Shown piece by piece: positions 38,850 to 50,059 of a DNA stretch of 64,000 nucleotides. The number at the start of each line of letters is the position of its first letter. Position 1 is the stretch's first letter. The notes beneath the pieces were generated by a model that did no database searches, was not told where the DNA came from, and was given only the letters and a program-made list of their open reading frames with translations. Origin of the DNA: an uncultured Gemmatimonadales bacterium (lineage in GTDB: Bacteria; Gemmatimonadota; Gemmatimonadetes; Gemmatimonadales; GWC2-71-9); NCBI GenBank assembly GCA_963844035.1, contig CAWJMT010000036.1, positions 96,001 through 160,000 on the forward strand, written 5' to 3'. Made by a program: the position numbers and the translations under genes.

Positions 38850-40838
38850 TCAGCGCAGGGCTTCCCCCAGGGCATCCGGCGACGGCGATTGGAAGCGAGC
38901 ATGTCGTGCCGACGCACACGACCGCGGTGGGGACGGCGGCGTCCTTGCGCACCACGACTTTCCGCGGTCGATACACCTGCAGGGCGAGCAGGTGCATGTC
39001 GCACGCCGGCCCCGGGCCCAGCGGGCCCGCCACTTCGATCCGGGTGATGGGATGCGCGGCCCAGTCCATGGCGCGCGCGAGCGTGGCGCCGTGGAGCGAC
39101 AGCAACCCCGCCGCGCCGGCGAACGTGGCGAGCTGGCGATCGAGCAGGCGGCGCCACTCGGCGTCGTCGCTCAACGCCCAGAGGCGGGCCAGCACGAGAG
39201 CCGCCACGCCGTTGGCCGACGGCGTGGGGGCGTCTTGCACCGGCTTCGCCGGCGTCGTCAGGTACGCCTCCGCGGCTCCGCTCCCGTCGCGCGCCGTGTC
39301 GAAGAACCCGCCGGCGGCTTCGTCCCAGTGCGCGCGGATGCAGTGCCGGATGACGGACACGGCGCGCGCGCGCCACTCGACGTCGCCGGTCGCTTCGTAC
39401 GCGTCGAGGAACGCTGCTGCGGCGTGCACGTTGTCGTCGAGCAGTCCGTGCGGCTCCGCGCGGCCGATCACGTGCGCCATGCCATGGCCGCTCGTCCCAG
39501 GATTCCCAGATTCGTCCAAGGACCTTGAGGGCCAGCGCATTGCACTCGGGACGGTTGAGCACCGCGCCGGCGTGGAGAAAGGCCGACGCCATCATCGCGT
39601 TCCAGTTGACGTACGCAGCGACGTCGACGTACGGACGCGGGCGCAGGTCCCGCGCGGCTTTGAGCGTGCGGATGGCATTTTTCAGCGTGCGCCATTCGTC
39701 TTCGCCGGCGGGGTCCTCGTGCCACCAGAGCACGTTTTTCTCCGGGTTGTGATGCATTTCGCCGTGCTGCTCGACCTCGAAGACGCGGCTGGCAACGTGG
39801 AATGCTTCGTCTGGCAACGCCGCTTTCATCTCAGCGAGCGTCCAGGTCCAGTAGTCGCCGTCGTCCCCCAGCCCCACATCCGCGTCCTGGGACGTGAAGA
39901 ACGCGCCGGCGCCTGAGTCGGCGAGCACTTCCGAGCACCCAGTCCACGATTCCGCCCGCGACCTGCTTGAAGAGCGGCGTGCCGAACGCCGCGTAGGCGT
40001 CGAGGTACGCGTGCAGCAGCTCCGAGTTGTCGTACGACATCTTCTCGAAGTGGGGCACGATCCAGCGCTCGTCCACGGAGTAGCGGTGGAACCCGCCCCC
40101 CAGCTGATCGTGGATGCCGCCGCGCGCCATTCCGGTGAGCGTCTTCTCCACCACCTCCCGCAACGCGTCGGCGCGCTCGTCGAACCAGCGCGCCAGCAGC
40201 AGCTCGCAGGAGGCGGGGTGCGGGAACTTGGGGGCCGTTCCGAAGCCGCCGTAGCGGATGTCGAACAGCCGGACGACGTCGTCGACGACCTGTGTCACGA
40301 GCGCAGGAGTGACGGTGCCCGGCTTGGTTTCGTCGAGCGATTCGGTCACATGCTGCCGGATCGCCTTGGCATTGCCGGCGATCTTTGGCCGATCCTCGCG
40401 GTGCAGCCGTGCCACCTGCCGCAGCACCGTGAGGAATCCCGGGCGTCCGAAGGGGTTCTCTTCGGGTGGGAAATACGTGCCGCCGAAAAAGACTTCGCCC
40501 TCATGGGTGAGGAACGCGGTGAGCGGCCAGCCGCCCTGGCCACTCAGGGCCTGGACGGCGCGCTGGTAGCGCGCGTCCACGTCGGGGCGCTCGTCGCGAT
40601 CGACCTTGATACAGATGTAGTCCCGGTTCAAGACCTCGGCGACCGCCGGGCTCTCGTACGATTCGCCGTCCATCACGTGGCACCAGTGGCACCACACGGC
40701 CCCGATGTCGAGCAGAATCGGCTTGTCCTGCGCGCGTGCTTCCTGGAATGCCCGTTCGCTCCACGGATACCAGTGCACGGGCTGATGGGCGGCGGACTTG
40801 AGGTAGGCGGAGTGCTCGGAGGCGAGGAGGTTAGGCAA
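38850..40838 (-). CDS. Thioredoxin-like/(alpha/alpha)6 protein, YyaL/SSP411 (DUF255) family, frameshifted
   Basis: SAYLKSAAHQPVHW, WCHWCHVMDGES, GGWPLT, PHFEKM and DAPTPSAN. The 3' end is approximate. Confidence 0.9.
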
Positions 40839-41980
40839 GGTATCGCACCGCCGTCCGCGTCAGCAGCTCCGCGCCGATCACCAGCGACTCCTCCTCGATG
40901 TCGAATGTGGGGCTGTGATGCGGCGATCCCTTCGCGCCGACGGGCGCCGAGCCGACGAACGCGAACGCGCCCGGCACCTGGGCGAGGAAGAATGACATGT
41001 CTTCGCCTCCCATTGTGCGAACGCCGCTGACGACCTTGTCGCGCCCAACGACTTCGGCTGCGGCCTCGCCCATCAGCTCGGCCATTCGCCCGTCGTTGAC
41101 CGTCGGCTTCGCGAGCCGGCGGTAGCGTACCTCGACCGACGCGCCGAACGCCGCGGTGATTCCGCGCGCCGTCTCCTCGATGAGCGTGGGGGCCTCGTCG
41201 TAGAATTTTCCTCCGAAGGTGCGTACCGTGCCGCGCAGCTCGGCGTGCCCTGGGATCACGTTGAAGGCGTGGCCCGCGTTCACCTGGGTCACGGACAGCA
41301 CGGCTTCCTCGAACGGATTGCGCCGGCGGCTGATGAGAGCTCTGCAGCGCGGTCACCAGGTGCGCCGACACGAGCACCGGATCCACGGTTTGATGCGGCG
41401 ACGCGGCGTGCCCACCGCGGCCAACTACGCTGATTTCAAATTCATCCACCGACGCCATCACCGGTCCCGGCATCAGGCCGACCGTGCCCACGGGGAGATC
41501 GTTCCATAGATGAATGCCGAACACCGCATCCACGCGTGGGGCGTCGAGCACGCCGTCTGCGATCATGGCCTTGGCCCCGCCGGCGATCTCCTCGGCCGGC
41601 TGGAACGCCATTTTCAGCGCGCCGGCGAGCGGGACGCGCGCCAGCCGTCGCGCTACCTCGAGGCCGATGGCGACATGCCCGTCGTGTCCGCAGGCGTGCA
41701 TCTTCCCGGCGTGTTTGGAGCGGTACGGCACGTCGTTCGCCTCCTCGACCGGGAGCGCGTCCATGTCGGCCCGGATCAGCACGCAGCGGCCCGCGCTCCC
41801 TGCCCGCAAGGCAACGACACCGGTCTGACCGACACCGGTCCGCACGTCGTAGCCGAGCGCCCGCACGCGCTCCGCGACGAGCGCGCCGGTGCGCGTTTCC
41901 TCGAAGCCGATCTCGGGGTGCTGGTGGAGATCGCGGCGGGTGGCGACGAGCTGGGCGCGGTCGATGGGGGGGAGATTCAT
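40831..41980 (-). CDS. M20D amidohydrolase (frameshift ~41337)
   Basis: RRDLHQHPEIGFEE, RADMDALP, MHACGHDGH, FQPAEE, GGEDM and HHSPTFD. Confidence 0.93.
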
Positions 41981-41983
41981 ATC

Positions 41984-42070
41984 AGACGCTAAGACGCTAC
42001 GACGCTACGTCGCTACGACGTAGTGCGGTCCGTCATTCGTACAACGTAGCGACTTGGCGACGTGTAACGC
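41984..42070. repeat. Octamer tandem array with inverted copies
   Basis: AGACGCTA AGACGCTA CGACGCTA CGTCGCTA CGACGTAG, followed by complementary TAGCGACT TGGCGACG. Confidence 0.75.
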
Positions 42071-42074
42071 TGCT

Positions 42075-42755
42075 TCATACCCGCGAACTCGGGCACCACC
42101 GATTCACGACGCACTCCTCGCATTTCGGCCGGCGCGCGATGCACACCTGGCGACCGTGCCGGATGAGGGTGTGTGAGAACCATGTCCAGCGTGGGCGCGG
42201 CACCAGCGCCATCAGGTCGCGCTCGATCTTCTCTGGCGTGGTTTCTCGCGTGAGGCCCAGGAGCGTGCTGAGGCGCTGCACGTGCGTATCCACCACCACA
42301 CCTTCGTTTTTCCCGAACCAGGTTCCGAGCACGACGTTCGCCGTCTTGCGTCCCACACCGGGAAGCTCTACGAGGGCCTCGATCGTGTCGGGGACGTGGC
42401 CGCCGTGGCGCTCCACCACCGCCTGCGCCATCCCGATGATGGACTTGGTCTTGTTGCGGAAGAACCCGGTGCTGTGGATCTCCTGCTCGAGCACGGCAGG
42501 GTCGGCAACGGCGTAGGCCGCCGCGTCGCGGTACTTCGCGAACAGGGCCGGCGTCACCATGTTGACCCGCGCATCGGTGGACTGTGCCGAGAGGATGGTC
42601 GCGACCAGCAGCTCGAGCGCGCTCTGGTGGGTCAGCGCGCAGATCGCTTCGGGGTACGCCTGCTCCAGGCGTGCGAGGATCTTGCGAACGCGCGCTTTGA
42701 GGTGCGCGGGGGACTCGCGGGCTCGTTTGGGACGCGCCCGGGTCTTCGCGGGCAT
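42075..42755 (-). CDS. nth: Endonuclease III
   Basis: [11 protein letters not shown], Hh[18 protein letters not shown] and the C-x6-C-x2-C-x5-C FeS motif. The ATG overlaps the polX stop (TGATG). Confidence 0.95.
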   Translation of the reverse strand: MPAKTRARPKRARESPAHLKARVRKILARLEQAYPEAICALTHQSALELLVATILSAQSTDARVNMVTPALFAKYRDAAAYAVADPAVLEQEIHSTGFFRNKTKSIIGMAQAVVERHGGHVPDTIEALVELPGVGRKTANVVLGTWFGKNEGVVVDTHVQRLSTLLGLTRETTPEKIERDLMALVPRPRWTWFSHTLIRHGRQVCIARRPKCEECVVNRWCPSSRV

Positions 42756-44464
42756 CAGCGTGCCGCCGTGCGACGCTGTTGCGCGAACGCGCTGAACGCG
42801 GCGGCGTCCCGGGTATTCAAGACCTGCGAGGCTTCGACCCACCCTTTGCGGGCGATGCCCACCCCCACCGCCACGTTGGCCATGCCGCCGGTCGAATGCG
42901 CGTCGGCTCCGATCGAGATCATGACGCCCAGGTCCCGGGCCTGCCGCACGACGCGCCAATCGAGGTCCAGGCGGTGCGGGTCCGCGTTGACTTCGACGGC
43001 GATGCCGCGCAACGCGGCTTTGGCGAGCACCTTCTCGAGGTCGATCTCGAACGGCTCGCGCGCCAGCAGCAGGCGACCGGTCGGGTGGCCGATGATCGTG
43101 AGGTGGGGATCGTCCATCGCGGACAACACCCGGCGGGTCATCTCGGGCTCGGTCATCCCGAACCGGCTGTGGATCGACCCAATGACAAAATCGAAACGGT
43201 CGAGCGTCTCGCTGCCGTAGTCCAGCGTGCCGTCGGCGAGAATGTCCGCCTCGACACCCTGCAGCACCCGGAACCCGTTGGCGCTGCGGTTGACCGCGTC
43301 GACCTCCTCGCGTTGCGCGGCGATCGCGGTGGGGGCGAGCCCGCCCGCGTAGGGCGAAGAGATGCTGTGATCGGTGATCCCGATCCACTCGTAGCCGGTC
43401 CCCTGGCACGCCTGTGCCCACTCTGCGACGGTGGTGGTGCCGTCGGAATAGTTGGTGTGGCAATGCAGCAGCCCGCGCAAGTCGGCCTGTTCCACGAGTG
43501 CCGGCAGGCGACCGGCGGCGGCGGCGTCGCATTCTCCCGCGCCCTCGCGCAGCTCGGGGGGGATCCACGCGAGGCCGAGTGCCTGGTACACGCTCGCCTC
43601 GTCGGGGAACGGGACGCCGGGCTCGAGCGAGATCCCGCGTGCGCGGGCGCGGGCATCGAGCTCCGCGAGGTGCGCGTCCGATCCCGTGGCGCGCACCCAG
43701 GCGAGCCCGAACGTGGCCGGCGTGGCGAGGAACACGTCGACCACGGTGCCGCTCGCAAACCGCAGGGTCACGCTCCCCTCCGAGCCCGCGAACTCCGTCA
43801 CGCCGGTCACCTGGCCGAGCCGTTTTACGAGTGATGCCCGCGCGCCGTCGCTCTCGGCGAGCACCACGAGGTCGAGATCGCGAATCACCTCGCGGCAGCG
43901 GCGCACGCTGCCGGCGAGCTCCACGGCCCGGACGCCTTCAAGGCCACGGAGCGCCTGCTGTACCCCCTGAGCTTCGGCCAGCGCATAATGAAACAGGCGG
44001 TACTCGGTGGTCTGCCGCAGGAAGACGATTGCCTTACGGACATTGGCGGCGGTTCTGGCGCCGAACCGCGGCAGCTTGGCGAGGCGGCCATCCTGCGCCG
44101 CCACGTCGAGCTCGGCGAGCGACTCGATTCCCAGGGCGCGGTGGATCTGGCGGACCTTCGCGACCCCGAGTCCCGGAATGCGCAGCATTTCCACCAGGCC
44201 GGGCGGGATCTGCTCGCGCAGCTCGTCGAGCACGCTCGACCGCCCCGCCGTCACCAGCTCGCGCACGACTTCGAGCGTGTCGGGCCCGACCCCTTTCATC
44301 TCCGCCAGCGCCCCGGTTTCCACGCCGCCGGCGACGTCGCCCGAGAACCCCGCGAGCGCCCGGGCGGCGTTCTGGTAGGCCTGGATCCGGAAGCGCGACT
44401 CGCCCTTCAGCTCAAGAAAGGCCGCGATCTGCTCGAGGGTTTGCCGGGCGGCCTGTTTATCCAT
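42755..44464 (-). CDS. polX: DNA polymerase X with PHP domain
   Basis: HhH repeats, AGSVRR, DLD, ATGS and IPPELRE. PHP motifs HCHT..SDG, TDHS, GHPTGR and DAH. Confidence 0.95.
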   Translation of the reverse strand: MDKQAARQTLEQIAAFLELKGESRFRIQAYQNAARALAGFSGDVAGGVETGALAEMKGVGPDTLEVVRELVTAGRSSVLDELREQIPPGLVEMLRIPGLGVAKVRQIHRALGIESLAELDVAAQDGRLAKLPRFGARTAANVRKAIVFLRQTTEYRLFHYALAEAQGVQQALRGLEGVRAVELAGSVRRCREVIRDLDLVVLAESDGARASLVKRLGQVTGVTEFAGSEGSVTLRFASGTVVDVFLATPATFGLAWVRATGSDAHLAELDARARARGISLEPGVPFPDEASVYQALGLAWIPPELREGAGECDAAAAGRLPALVEQADLRGLLHCHTNYSDGTTTVAEWAQACQGTGYEWIGITDHSISSPYAGGLAPTAIAAQREEVDAVNRSANGFRVLQGVEADILADGTLDYGSETLDRFDFVIGSIHSRFGMTEPEMTRRVLSAMDDPHLTIIGHPTGRLLLAREPFEIDLEKVLAKAALRGIAVEVNADPHRLDLDWRVVRQARDLGVMISIGADAHSTGGMANVAVGVGIARKGWVEASQVLNTRDAAAFSAFAQQRRTAAR

Positions 44465-44509
44465 AGATGACGGGAACGTACGAGCGGCGAGGGAAAGACG
44501 GAAGGACGT

Positions 44510-45349
44510 CTAGCCGCGCGGCAGAAACTCGTCCAGCGCCCGCACGAACGCGTCCGTCGCCTCGACGTGCGGGACGTGGCCGGTGGCGAGCTCCTCAATG
44601 GGCGCTTCGAGCAGGGCCGCAAGCTCACGCGCCGCCTCGATCGGCAGCGGATCGAAGGTGCCGGCAATCACGAGGGACGGACGGATCCGTCCGGCAAACG
44701 TGGTGCGAATCCGATCGCGCAGGTCGTAGCCCGCGAGACTGTCCCACACCGCCTGCTCGGTGCGTTGGGTGATGCGGAACGGCGTCAGCTCCTGCGCCTG
44801 GGCGGGGTCCCGGAAATAGGCCGCGACCGATAGCGCGAACGCGGTGCGGCGGTATGTTGCGGGGTCGCTGGTCCGCAGCCCCGAGGCCTGGAGCTCGGCG
44901 CGCGCCGCGACGATCCGCGGGTCCGCTGCCCGGGCGGCGAGGCGCTGCTGGTATTGGCCGCGCCACTGGGCGGTGACGGGGGCGGGGCACACCAGCGCGA
45001 GACGCTCGATCCGCTCGGGATGTTCGAGCGCGTAGAGCAAGGCGAGCAAGCCGCCCCAGGAGTAACCCAGCAGCGTCACGCGGTTCAGACCCCACTGCTC
45101 CCGCAGCGCATCGAGGTCCGCCACGTGCTCCCGCCACCCGGCGGGCTGGTCGCGGCCGATGGGCGACTGTCCACCGCCCCGCTGGTCGTAGTAGAGCAGC
45201 TCGCGATGTTGAGCCAGGCGATCGTATTGCGGGAGCAGGTAGTCGTGATGGGCGCCGGGGCCGCCGTGCAGCACCACGACGGGTGGACCGGCACCGATGC
45301 GACGCGTGTAGAGGCGCACGCCGTTCACGACGCTGGCGTTCGAGTTCAC
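44510..45349 (-). CDS. Alpha/beta hydrolase (proline iminopeptidase-like)
   Basis: LHGGPG, YDQRGGG, GYSWGG and GHVP. GTG start at 45349. Confidence 0.9.
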   Translation of the reverse strand: MNSNASVVNGVRLYTRRIGAGPPVVVLHGGPGAHHDYLLPQYDRLAQHRELLYYDQRGGGQSPIGRDQPAGWREHVADLDALREQWGLNRVTLLGYSWGGLLALLYALEHPERIERLALVCPAPVTAQWRGQYQQRLAARAADPRIVAARAELQASGLRTSDPATYRRTAFALSVAAYFRDPAQAQELTPFRITQRTEQAVWDSLAGYDLRDRIRTTFAGRIRPSLVIAGTFDPLPIEAARELAALLEAPIEELATGHVPHVEATDAFVRALDEFLPRG

Positions 45350-45373
45350 TGATTCCCAAGTTAAGCGGTTCGC

Positions 45374-47155
45374 GTGAAAGCAACTCTGCCGCCCCAAAGG
45401 GCGATTCGTTTCCCGGCGGCCCTCGCGTCCCCGTTGCTCCGGGGCGCCGGGCTTCCCGATGCCGTCGTGCTCTGCATGCTCGCCGGCGTGATCGCCATGG
45501 TGGTCACGTTCGCGCGGGAGTTTGACGCACCGTTTCGTCAGGCGGTGCAGATCGATCTGAGCGCGGCGGCGCTGCCGCGCTATGCGCTTTACTCGCTCAG
45601 CCGGGGCGTCAGCGCGCTGCTCTTCTCGTACCTGTTCGCCCTCGGGTTCGGCTGGGCGGCCGCGAAATCACCAGCCGCCGAACGGCTGCTCCTTCCGCTG
45701 ATCGATATCCTGCAAAGCATCCCCGTGCTCGGGTTCCTGCCCGGCCTCGTGCTCGGGCTCGTGGCCCTGTTCCCCACCCGCAACGTGGGGCTCGAGCTGG
45801 CCGCGATTCTCATGATCTTCACGGCGCAGGCGTGGAACCTAGCGCTGTCCTTCTATGGATCGATCAAGGGTCTGCCTGCGCCGCTGCGCGAGGCAACCCA
45901 GATGTCAGGCTGGAGTGGGTCGCGGATGTTCTGGCGCCTCGAGGTCCCGGCGGCGGCCCAGGGGCTCGTGTGGAACGGCATGCTGTCGATGGCCGGGGGA
46001 TGGTTCTTTCTCATGGTGAACGAGGCCTTCCGGCTCGGCGACCGCGACTACCGGCTGCCGGGGATCGGATCGTACATGAGCGTTGCGCTCGATCAGGGGA
46101 ACGCCCCGGCCATGGCCCTCGCAATTGTCACGATGATCGTAATGATCGTGTGCGTGGATCAGCTGCTGTGGCGACCGCTCGTGGTGTGGGTTGAGAAGTT
46201 CCGCCTGGACGACACGGCGCGCGCCACGGAGACATCGTGGCTGCTCGACTTCCTGCGGCGGGCGCGGCTGCCGCGCCGCGTGGCCGTGCTGCGCCGTCGC
46301 GCGTACCGTACGGCGCGCCGCGCCACGGCGCCGCTGTACCGCCCGTTGCAGGCGGCCGCGCGGCCGGTCGCGTCGGGACCACGGCTGCGGGCGCTGCGGC
46401 CGGTGTTGGCGCGGGCCGGCGTCGTGATCCTCGTGGTCGGTTGTGCCGGCGGCGCGGTGTTCGGTCTGTGGACCCTGTGGCAGCTGCTGCGCCAGCTCGG
46501 CCGGGCGGACTGGGGGACGCTCGCGGTGACGAGCGGGCTGACGTTCGCGCGGGTCATGGGCGCCGTGGTTCTCTCAACCGTCTGGGCGCTGCCCGTGGGA
46601 GTGATCATCGGTCGGTCGCCCCGATTGGCCCGACTGATGCAGCCGATCATCCAGGTGGTCGCCGCGTTTCCGGCTCCGATGCTCTTTCCACTCGTCATCA
46701 TTGTGTTGGAGAGCCTCGGGTTGGGACTCGGGCTGGGTGCGGTAGGGCTCATGGTGCTCGCGGGCCAGTGGTATATCCTCTTCAACGTCATATCCGGTGT
46801 CGCAGCGCTGCCGGAGGAGCTGAAGGATGCTGCGAACGTGTTTCAGCTCTCGAACGTGGCGCGCTGGCGGATCCTGTATTTGCCTGCGGCGTTTCCCGCC
46901 CTCGTCACCGGATGGTTGACGGCCGCGGGTGGCGCGTGGAACGGCTCCATCGTGGCCGAATACATCGAAGTGGGGGGAACGTTGCGCACGGCGCGCGGTC
47001 TCGGGAGCCTCATCAGCGAGGCGACGGCGCATGCGAACTTTCCGCTCCTCGCGGGAGGGATTGCCTCGATGAGCCTCATCGTCGTTGGATGGAACCGGCT
47101 CGTTTGGCGCCCGCTCACGCGGTGGGCGCACGATCGCTACGGGTTCGGGCAATGA
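45374..47155 (+). CDS. NitT/TauT-family ABC permease (duplicated TM domain)
   Basis: DILQSIPVLGF, WNGMLSMAGGWFFL, FPAPMLFP and GGAWNGSIVAE. Confidence 0.93.
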   Translation: MKATLPPQRAIRFPAALASPLLRGAGLPDAVVLCMLAGVIAMVVTFAREFDAPFRQAVQIDLSAAALPRYALYSLSRGVSALLFSYLFALGFGWAAAKSPAAERLLLPLIDILQSIPVLGFLPGLVLGLVALFPTRNVGLELAAILMIFTAQAWNLALSFYGSIKGLPAPLREATQMSGWSGSRMFWRLEVPAAAQGLVWNGMLSMAGGWFFLMVNEAFRLGDRDYRLPGIGSYMSVALDQGNAPAMALAIVTMIVMIVCVDQLLWRPLVVWVEKFRLDDTARATETSWLLDFLRRARLPRRVAVLRRRAYRTARRATAPLYRPLQAAARPVASGPRLRALRPVLARAGVVILVVGCAGGAVFGLWTLWQLLRQLGRADWGTLAVTSGLTFARVMGAVVLSTVWALPVGVIIGRSPRLARLMQPIIQVVAAFPAPMLFPLVIIVLESLGLGLGLGAVGLMVLAGQWYILFNVISGVAALPEELKDAANVFQLSNVARWRILYLPAAFPALVTGWLTAAGGAWNGSIVAEYIEVGGTLRTARGLGSLISEATAHANFPLLAGGIASMSLIVVGWNRLVWRPLTRWAHDRYGFGQ

Positions 47156-48456
47156 CCGCCGGCGAGCCGTTGCTGGACGTGCAACACGTGACCCACCGGT
47201 TCCGGCTGCCGAACGGCCAGATCCTGGAGGCGCTGCGCGACGTTTCGCTGGCGGTGCGCGAGCAGGAAGTGGTGGCGCTGGTAGGTCCATCGGGGTGCGG
47301 CAAGAGCACGCTGCTGCGGATGCTCGCCGGCCTCACGCGCCCCACCCAGGGTACGGTCCTGCACCGCGGGCAAGCCCTCACCGGTGTCGTGAGTGCCACG
47401 GCGATGGTATTCCAATCATTCGCCCTGCTGCCGTGGCTCACGGTGACCGAAAACGTGGCGATGGGACTCGAGGCGCGTGGCGTGGACGGCGCGGCGCGGC
47501 ACGATGCGGCCGCTCGGGCGATCAACCTGGTGGGCCTCGAAGGTTTCGAGCACGCCTACCCGAAGGAGCTCTCGGGAGGCATGAAGCAGCGGGTGGGGTT
47601 TGCCCGCGCGCTCGCCGTCGCGCCGGAGATCCTGCTGATGGACGAGCCGTTCGGCGCGCTCGATCCGCTGACGGCCGAAAACCTCCGGAGCCAGGTGGTG
47701 GATCTCTGGCGGGATCCGGCGACGGGCGTGAATACGCTGGTCATTGTGACGCACAGCGTCGAAGAGGCGGTGTTCCTCGCCAGCCGGATCGTCGTATTCG
47801 GAACCAATCCCGGCCACATTCGCGAGGAGCTGGTGAACTCGCTTCCCTATCCCCGCCATGAGCGGAGCCCCGACTTCGAGCGGATGGTGGATCGCCTGCA
47901 TGCGATCCTTACCGCCACGCTGTTGCCCGAACCCGAGCCGGTGCAGGGGCAGGCACCGCCCAAGCTCGTGCCGTTCCCGCGCGTCCACGTGGCCGAGGTC
48001 ACCGGTCTGCTCGATCACCTACTCACGCAGGGCGAGGGCCGGGGCGAAGTGTTTGAGCTCGCCGAAAACCTGGGAGTGGACTACGACCGGATGACCGCCG
48101 TAACGCGGGCGGCCGAGCAACTGGGCTGGGTCGTAACCCCGGGCGAGGTAGTGGAACTCACCCCGGCCGGTACGGAGTACATGTCCGGGGACGCCGCCGC
48201 CCGCAAGGCGGCCGTGCGGGTGCGCCTGTCCCGGCATCCACTGTTCGCGCGCGTCCTGGCCATGCTGCAGGAGGGGGGTGACGAAGGAGAAGACGGCGGG
48301 ATCCTGAGCGACGAGGACGTACTCGCCGACCTGACGATCTGCTTTCCGTTCATCCCCGCCGAATCGCTGTTCGCCACGCTGGTCGAGTGGGGCCGGGACG
48401 CGGGGCTGCTGGATCACGATGTCGAAGCGGGCCGGCTCACGCTTCCGGAGGCGTAG
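47152..48456 (+). CDS. NitT/TauT ABC ATPase with C-terminal AAA-associated domain
   Basis: ATG in an ATGA overlap. GPSGCGKST, LSGGMKQRVGFAR, MDEPF and C-terminal LVEWGR. Confidence 0.93.
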   Translation: MTAGEPLLDVQHVTHRFRLPNGQILEALRDVSLAVREQEVVALVGPSGCGKSTLLRMLAGLTRPTQGTVLHRGQALTGVVSATAMVFQSFALLPWLTVTENVAMGLEARGVDGAARHDAAARAINLVGLEGFEHAYPKELSGGMKQRVGFARALAVAPEILLMDEPFGALDPLTAENLRSQVVDLWRDPATGVNTLVIVTHSVEEAVFLASRIVVFGTNPGHIREELVNSLPYPRHERSPDFERMVDRLHAILTATLLPEPEPVQGQAPPKLVPFPRVHVAEVTGLLDHLLTQGEGRGEVFELAENLGVDYDRMTAVTRAAEQLGWVVTPGEVVELTPAGTEYMSGDAAARKAAVRVRLSRHPLFARVLAMLQEGGDEGEDGGILSDEDVLADLTICFPFIPAESLFATLVEWGRDAGLLDHDVEAGRLTLPEA

Positions 48457-48474
48457 CGCCGGCCCGCGGCATGC

Positions 48475-49188
48475 TTACAACGCGAACGACAGGCCCACCT
48501 GGAGCAGAAAGACATCGCCCTCACTCTGAATCGGCTGGAGTGTGACCGAGCCGTCCGAATTCTCGAGAATGTCGCCCTCCCGCAGGTAGGTTACGTCACC
48601 ATGCTTCACGAAGATCGCGCCCAGATCGAGCGCCACGCTGTGTGAGAGATCGATGCGCAGCCCGCCTCCCCCAGCGAGCGATGTAACCGCGTCGTCATAG
48701 TTGGTGGCTCCGCAGCAGCCACCGACCGACGTTTCCGTCGCAAAGTAGGAGACGCCGGCGGTCCCGAAGATGTAGGGCCGCACCCGTCCCGTCCCCAGGA
48801 CAAACTCCGGCCCGGCGCGCAACGAAGCGACGAAGAACGAGGTGGTCATTTCGGCCCCTGCCAGCAGGCCGCCGCTAAGCGCGGCTGGCAGCGGGCGATT
48901 CTCGCTGCCGTATTGCAGGTAGGTCCCGTCGATCCGCAACGCCACCGTGCCGCGGCGGTTGAAGTTCAAGCTCAGGTTGGCGTTGAGGCCTCCCAGGCTA
49001 TTTTCACCTACCTCGTCGCTGAATTGCCCAACCGCAGTGCCTCCCGCGATTGCGAACCCGAGACTGCCCCACGAGTTACGAGCCCTGTGAGAGCTCTCCA
49101 CCTCGCGGTACCCACGGTGTCTTTGAGCCGATCCCACTGTCGCGGCGAGAAACAACAGACCTAGTGCGAAACCGACTGTACGTCGCAT
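48475..49188 (-). CDS. Outer-membrane beta-barrel protein (OmpA/OmpW-like)
   Basis: Signal peptide MRRTVGFALGLL..., amphipathic strands, RPYIFGTAG and terminal QVGLSFAL. Confidence 0.8.
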   Translation of the reverse strand: MRRTVGFALGLLFLAATVGSAQRHRGYREVESSHRARNSWGSLGFAIAGGTAVGQFSDEVGENSLGGLNANLSLNFNRRGTVALRIDGTYLQYGSENRPLPAALSGGLLAGAEMTTSFFVASLRAGPEFVLGTGRVRPYIFGTAGVSYFATETSVGGCCGATNYDDAVTSLAGGGGLRIDLSHSVALDLGAIFVKHGDVTYLREGDILENSDGSVTLQPIQSEGDVFLLQVGLSFAL

Positions 49189-49260
49189 ACCCCCCCCACG
49201 GTTGAGGACAAACCACATGAGGGGAAGAGAAGGCAACGTGTGTGCCCGGCCGACGCCCGG

Positions 49261-49277
49261 AGCTCCGCGCGTGCCAA
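49261..49277 (-). promoter_or_regulatory. Putative sigma54 promoter for the beta-barrel gene
   Basis: TTGGCACGCGCGGAGCT has a perfect -24 TGGCACG and GG-N10-GC spacing, but a non-consensus -12. Confidence 0.45.
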
Positions 49278-49516
49278 ATAGCGGCGGGCCTTGGACTTCA
49301 CGGCGGGGCACGCCGGGAGGGGTCCGCGCCGAGCGGATCGACCGGCCCCTCCAGGGGACACGGGCATGGGACCCGACACGACGGCGTGGTGTTCGACAAC
49401 CCCCCGGCACCCGCGCGGACGCTTGGCGGCCAAACGATGACGGGGATAGTATGACACGGTGAGCGACGCCTCCGGCCGTAATGGCCCGCGCTCCACACAC
49501 CCCAAGGGAGCATGCG

Positions 49517-50038
49517 ATGAAGCGACCTGAAGAATTGATTTCCCGTGGCTTTATCACCGGTTTGATCGGGGCCGCCGCGGTCGCGCTCTGGTTTCTCTTC
49601 ATCGACTTCAGCGACGGGCATCCATTCCGCACGCCGGCAGCGCTCGGATCAGCTCTGTTGTTCGGAATAACCGGGGTGGAGATGATGAAGGTCACGTTCG
49701 GGGTCGTGGCGGCGTACACGCTCGTCCACGTGGTCGCGTTCGTCGTGGCGGGAATAGGTTTCGTGTGGATCGCGGATCAAGTCGAGCGGTCGTCTTCCCT
49801 CGTGCTCCTGACGATACCGGCCGCGATCGCCCTCGAGGCGGTCGTCGTTACCGGGCTGGCAATGAGCGGCGAGTGGGTGCTGGGCACCCTGGGCGTCTGG
49901 TCGGTGCTGTTCGCGAACCTATTCGCCGTGCTCGCGATGGGCGGGTACATCTGGCGCACGCACCCGAAGCTCCGGCACGGCCGGGGCGCGAAGGGCGGCG
50001 CACCCACCCCCGATCGATCGGGGTCCCAGACGCGCTAG
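49517..50038 (+). CDS. Hypothetical membrane protein (about four TM)
   Basis: GLIGAAAVALWFL...PFRTPAALG...YTLVH. AAGGGAG RBS. Confidence 0.75.
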   Translation: MKRPEELISRGFITGLIGAAAVALWFLFIDFSDGHPFRTPAALGSALLFGITGVEMMKVTFGVVAAYTLVHVVAFVVAGIGFVWIADQVERSSSLVLLTIPAAIALEAVVVTGLAMSGEWVLGTLGVWSVLFANLFAVLAMGGYIWRTHPKLRHGRGAKGGAPTPDRSGSQTR

Positions 50039-50059
50039 TTGTGCCGACGTGCCGTGCCG

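Noticed and set aside
41984..42070. Repeat array as a CRISPR or tRNA
   Set aside because: The unit is 8 bp with no unique spacers, there are no cas genes, and no cloverleaf or T-loop consensus is present.
46237..47151. Long N-terminal extension of the ABC ATPase in the ORF track
   Set aside because: It overlaps the permease in another frame. The true start is the ATG at 47152 in an ATGA overlap.
49189..49516. 330-bp GC-rich intergenic region as a riboswitch or ncRNA
   Set aside because: No recognisable riboswitch consensus is present, and it is adequately explained as a divergent promoter region. An Rfam search would be needed to exclude it fully.
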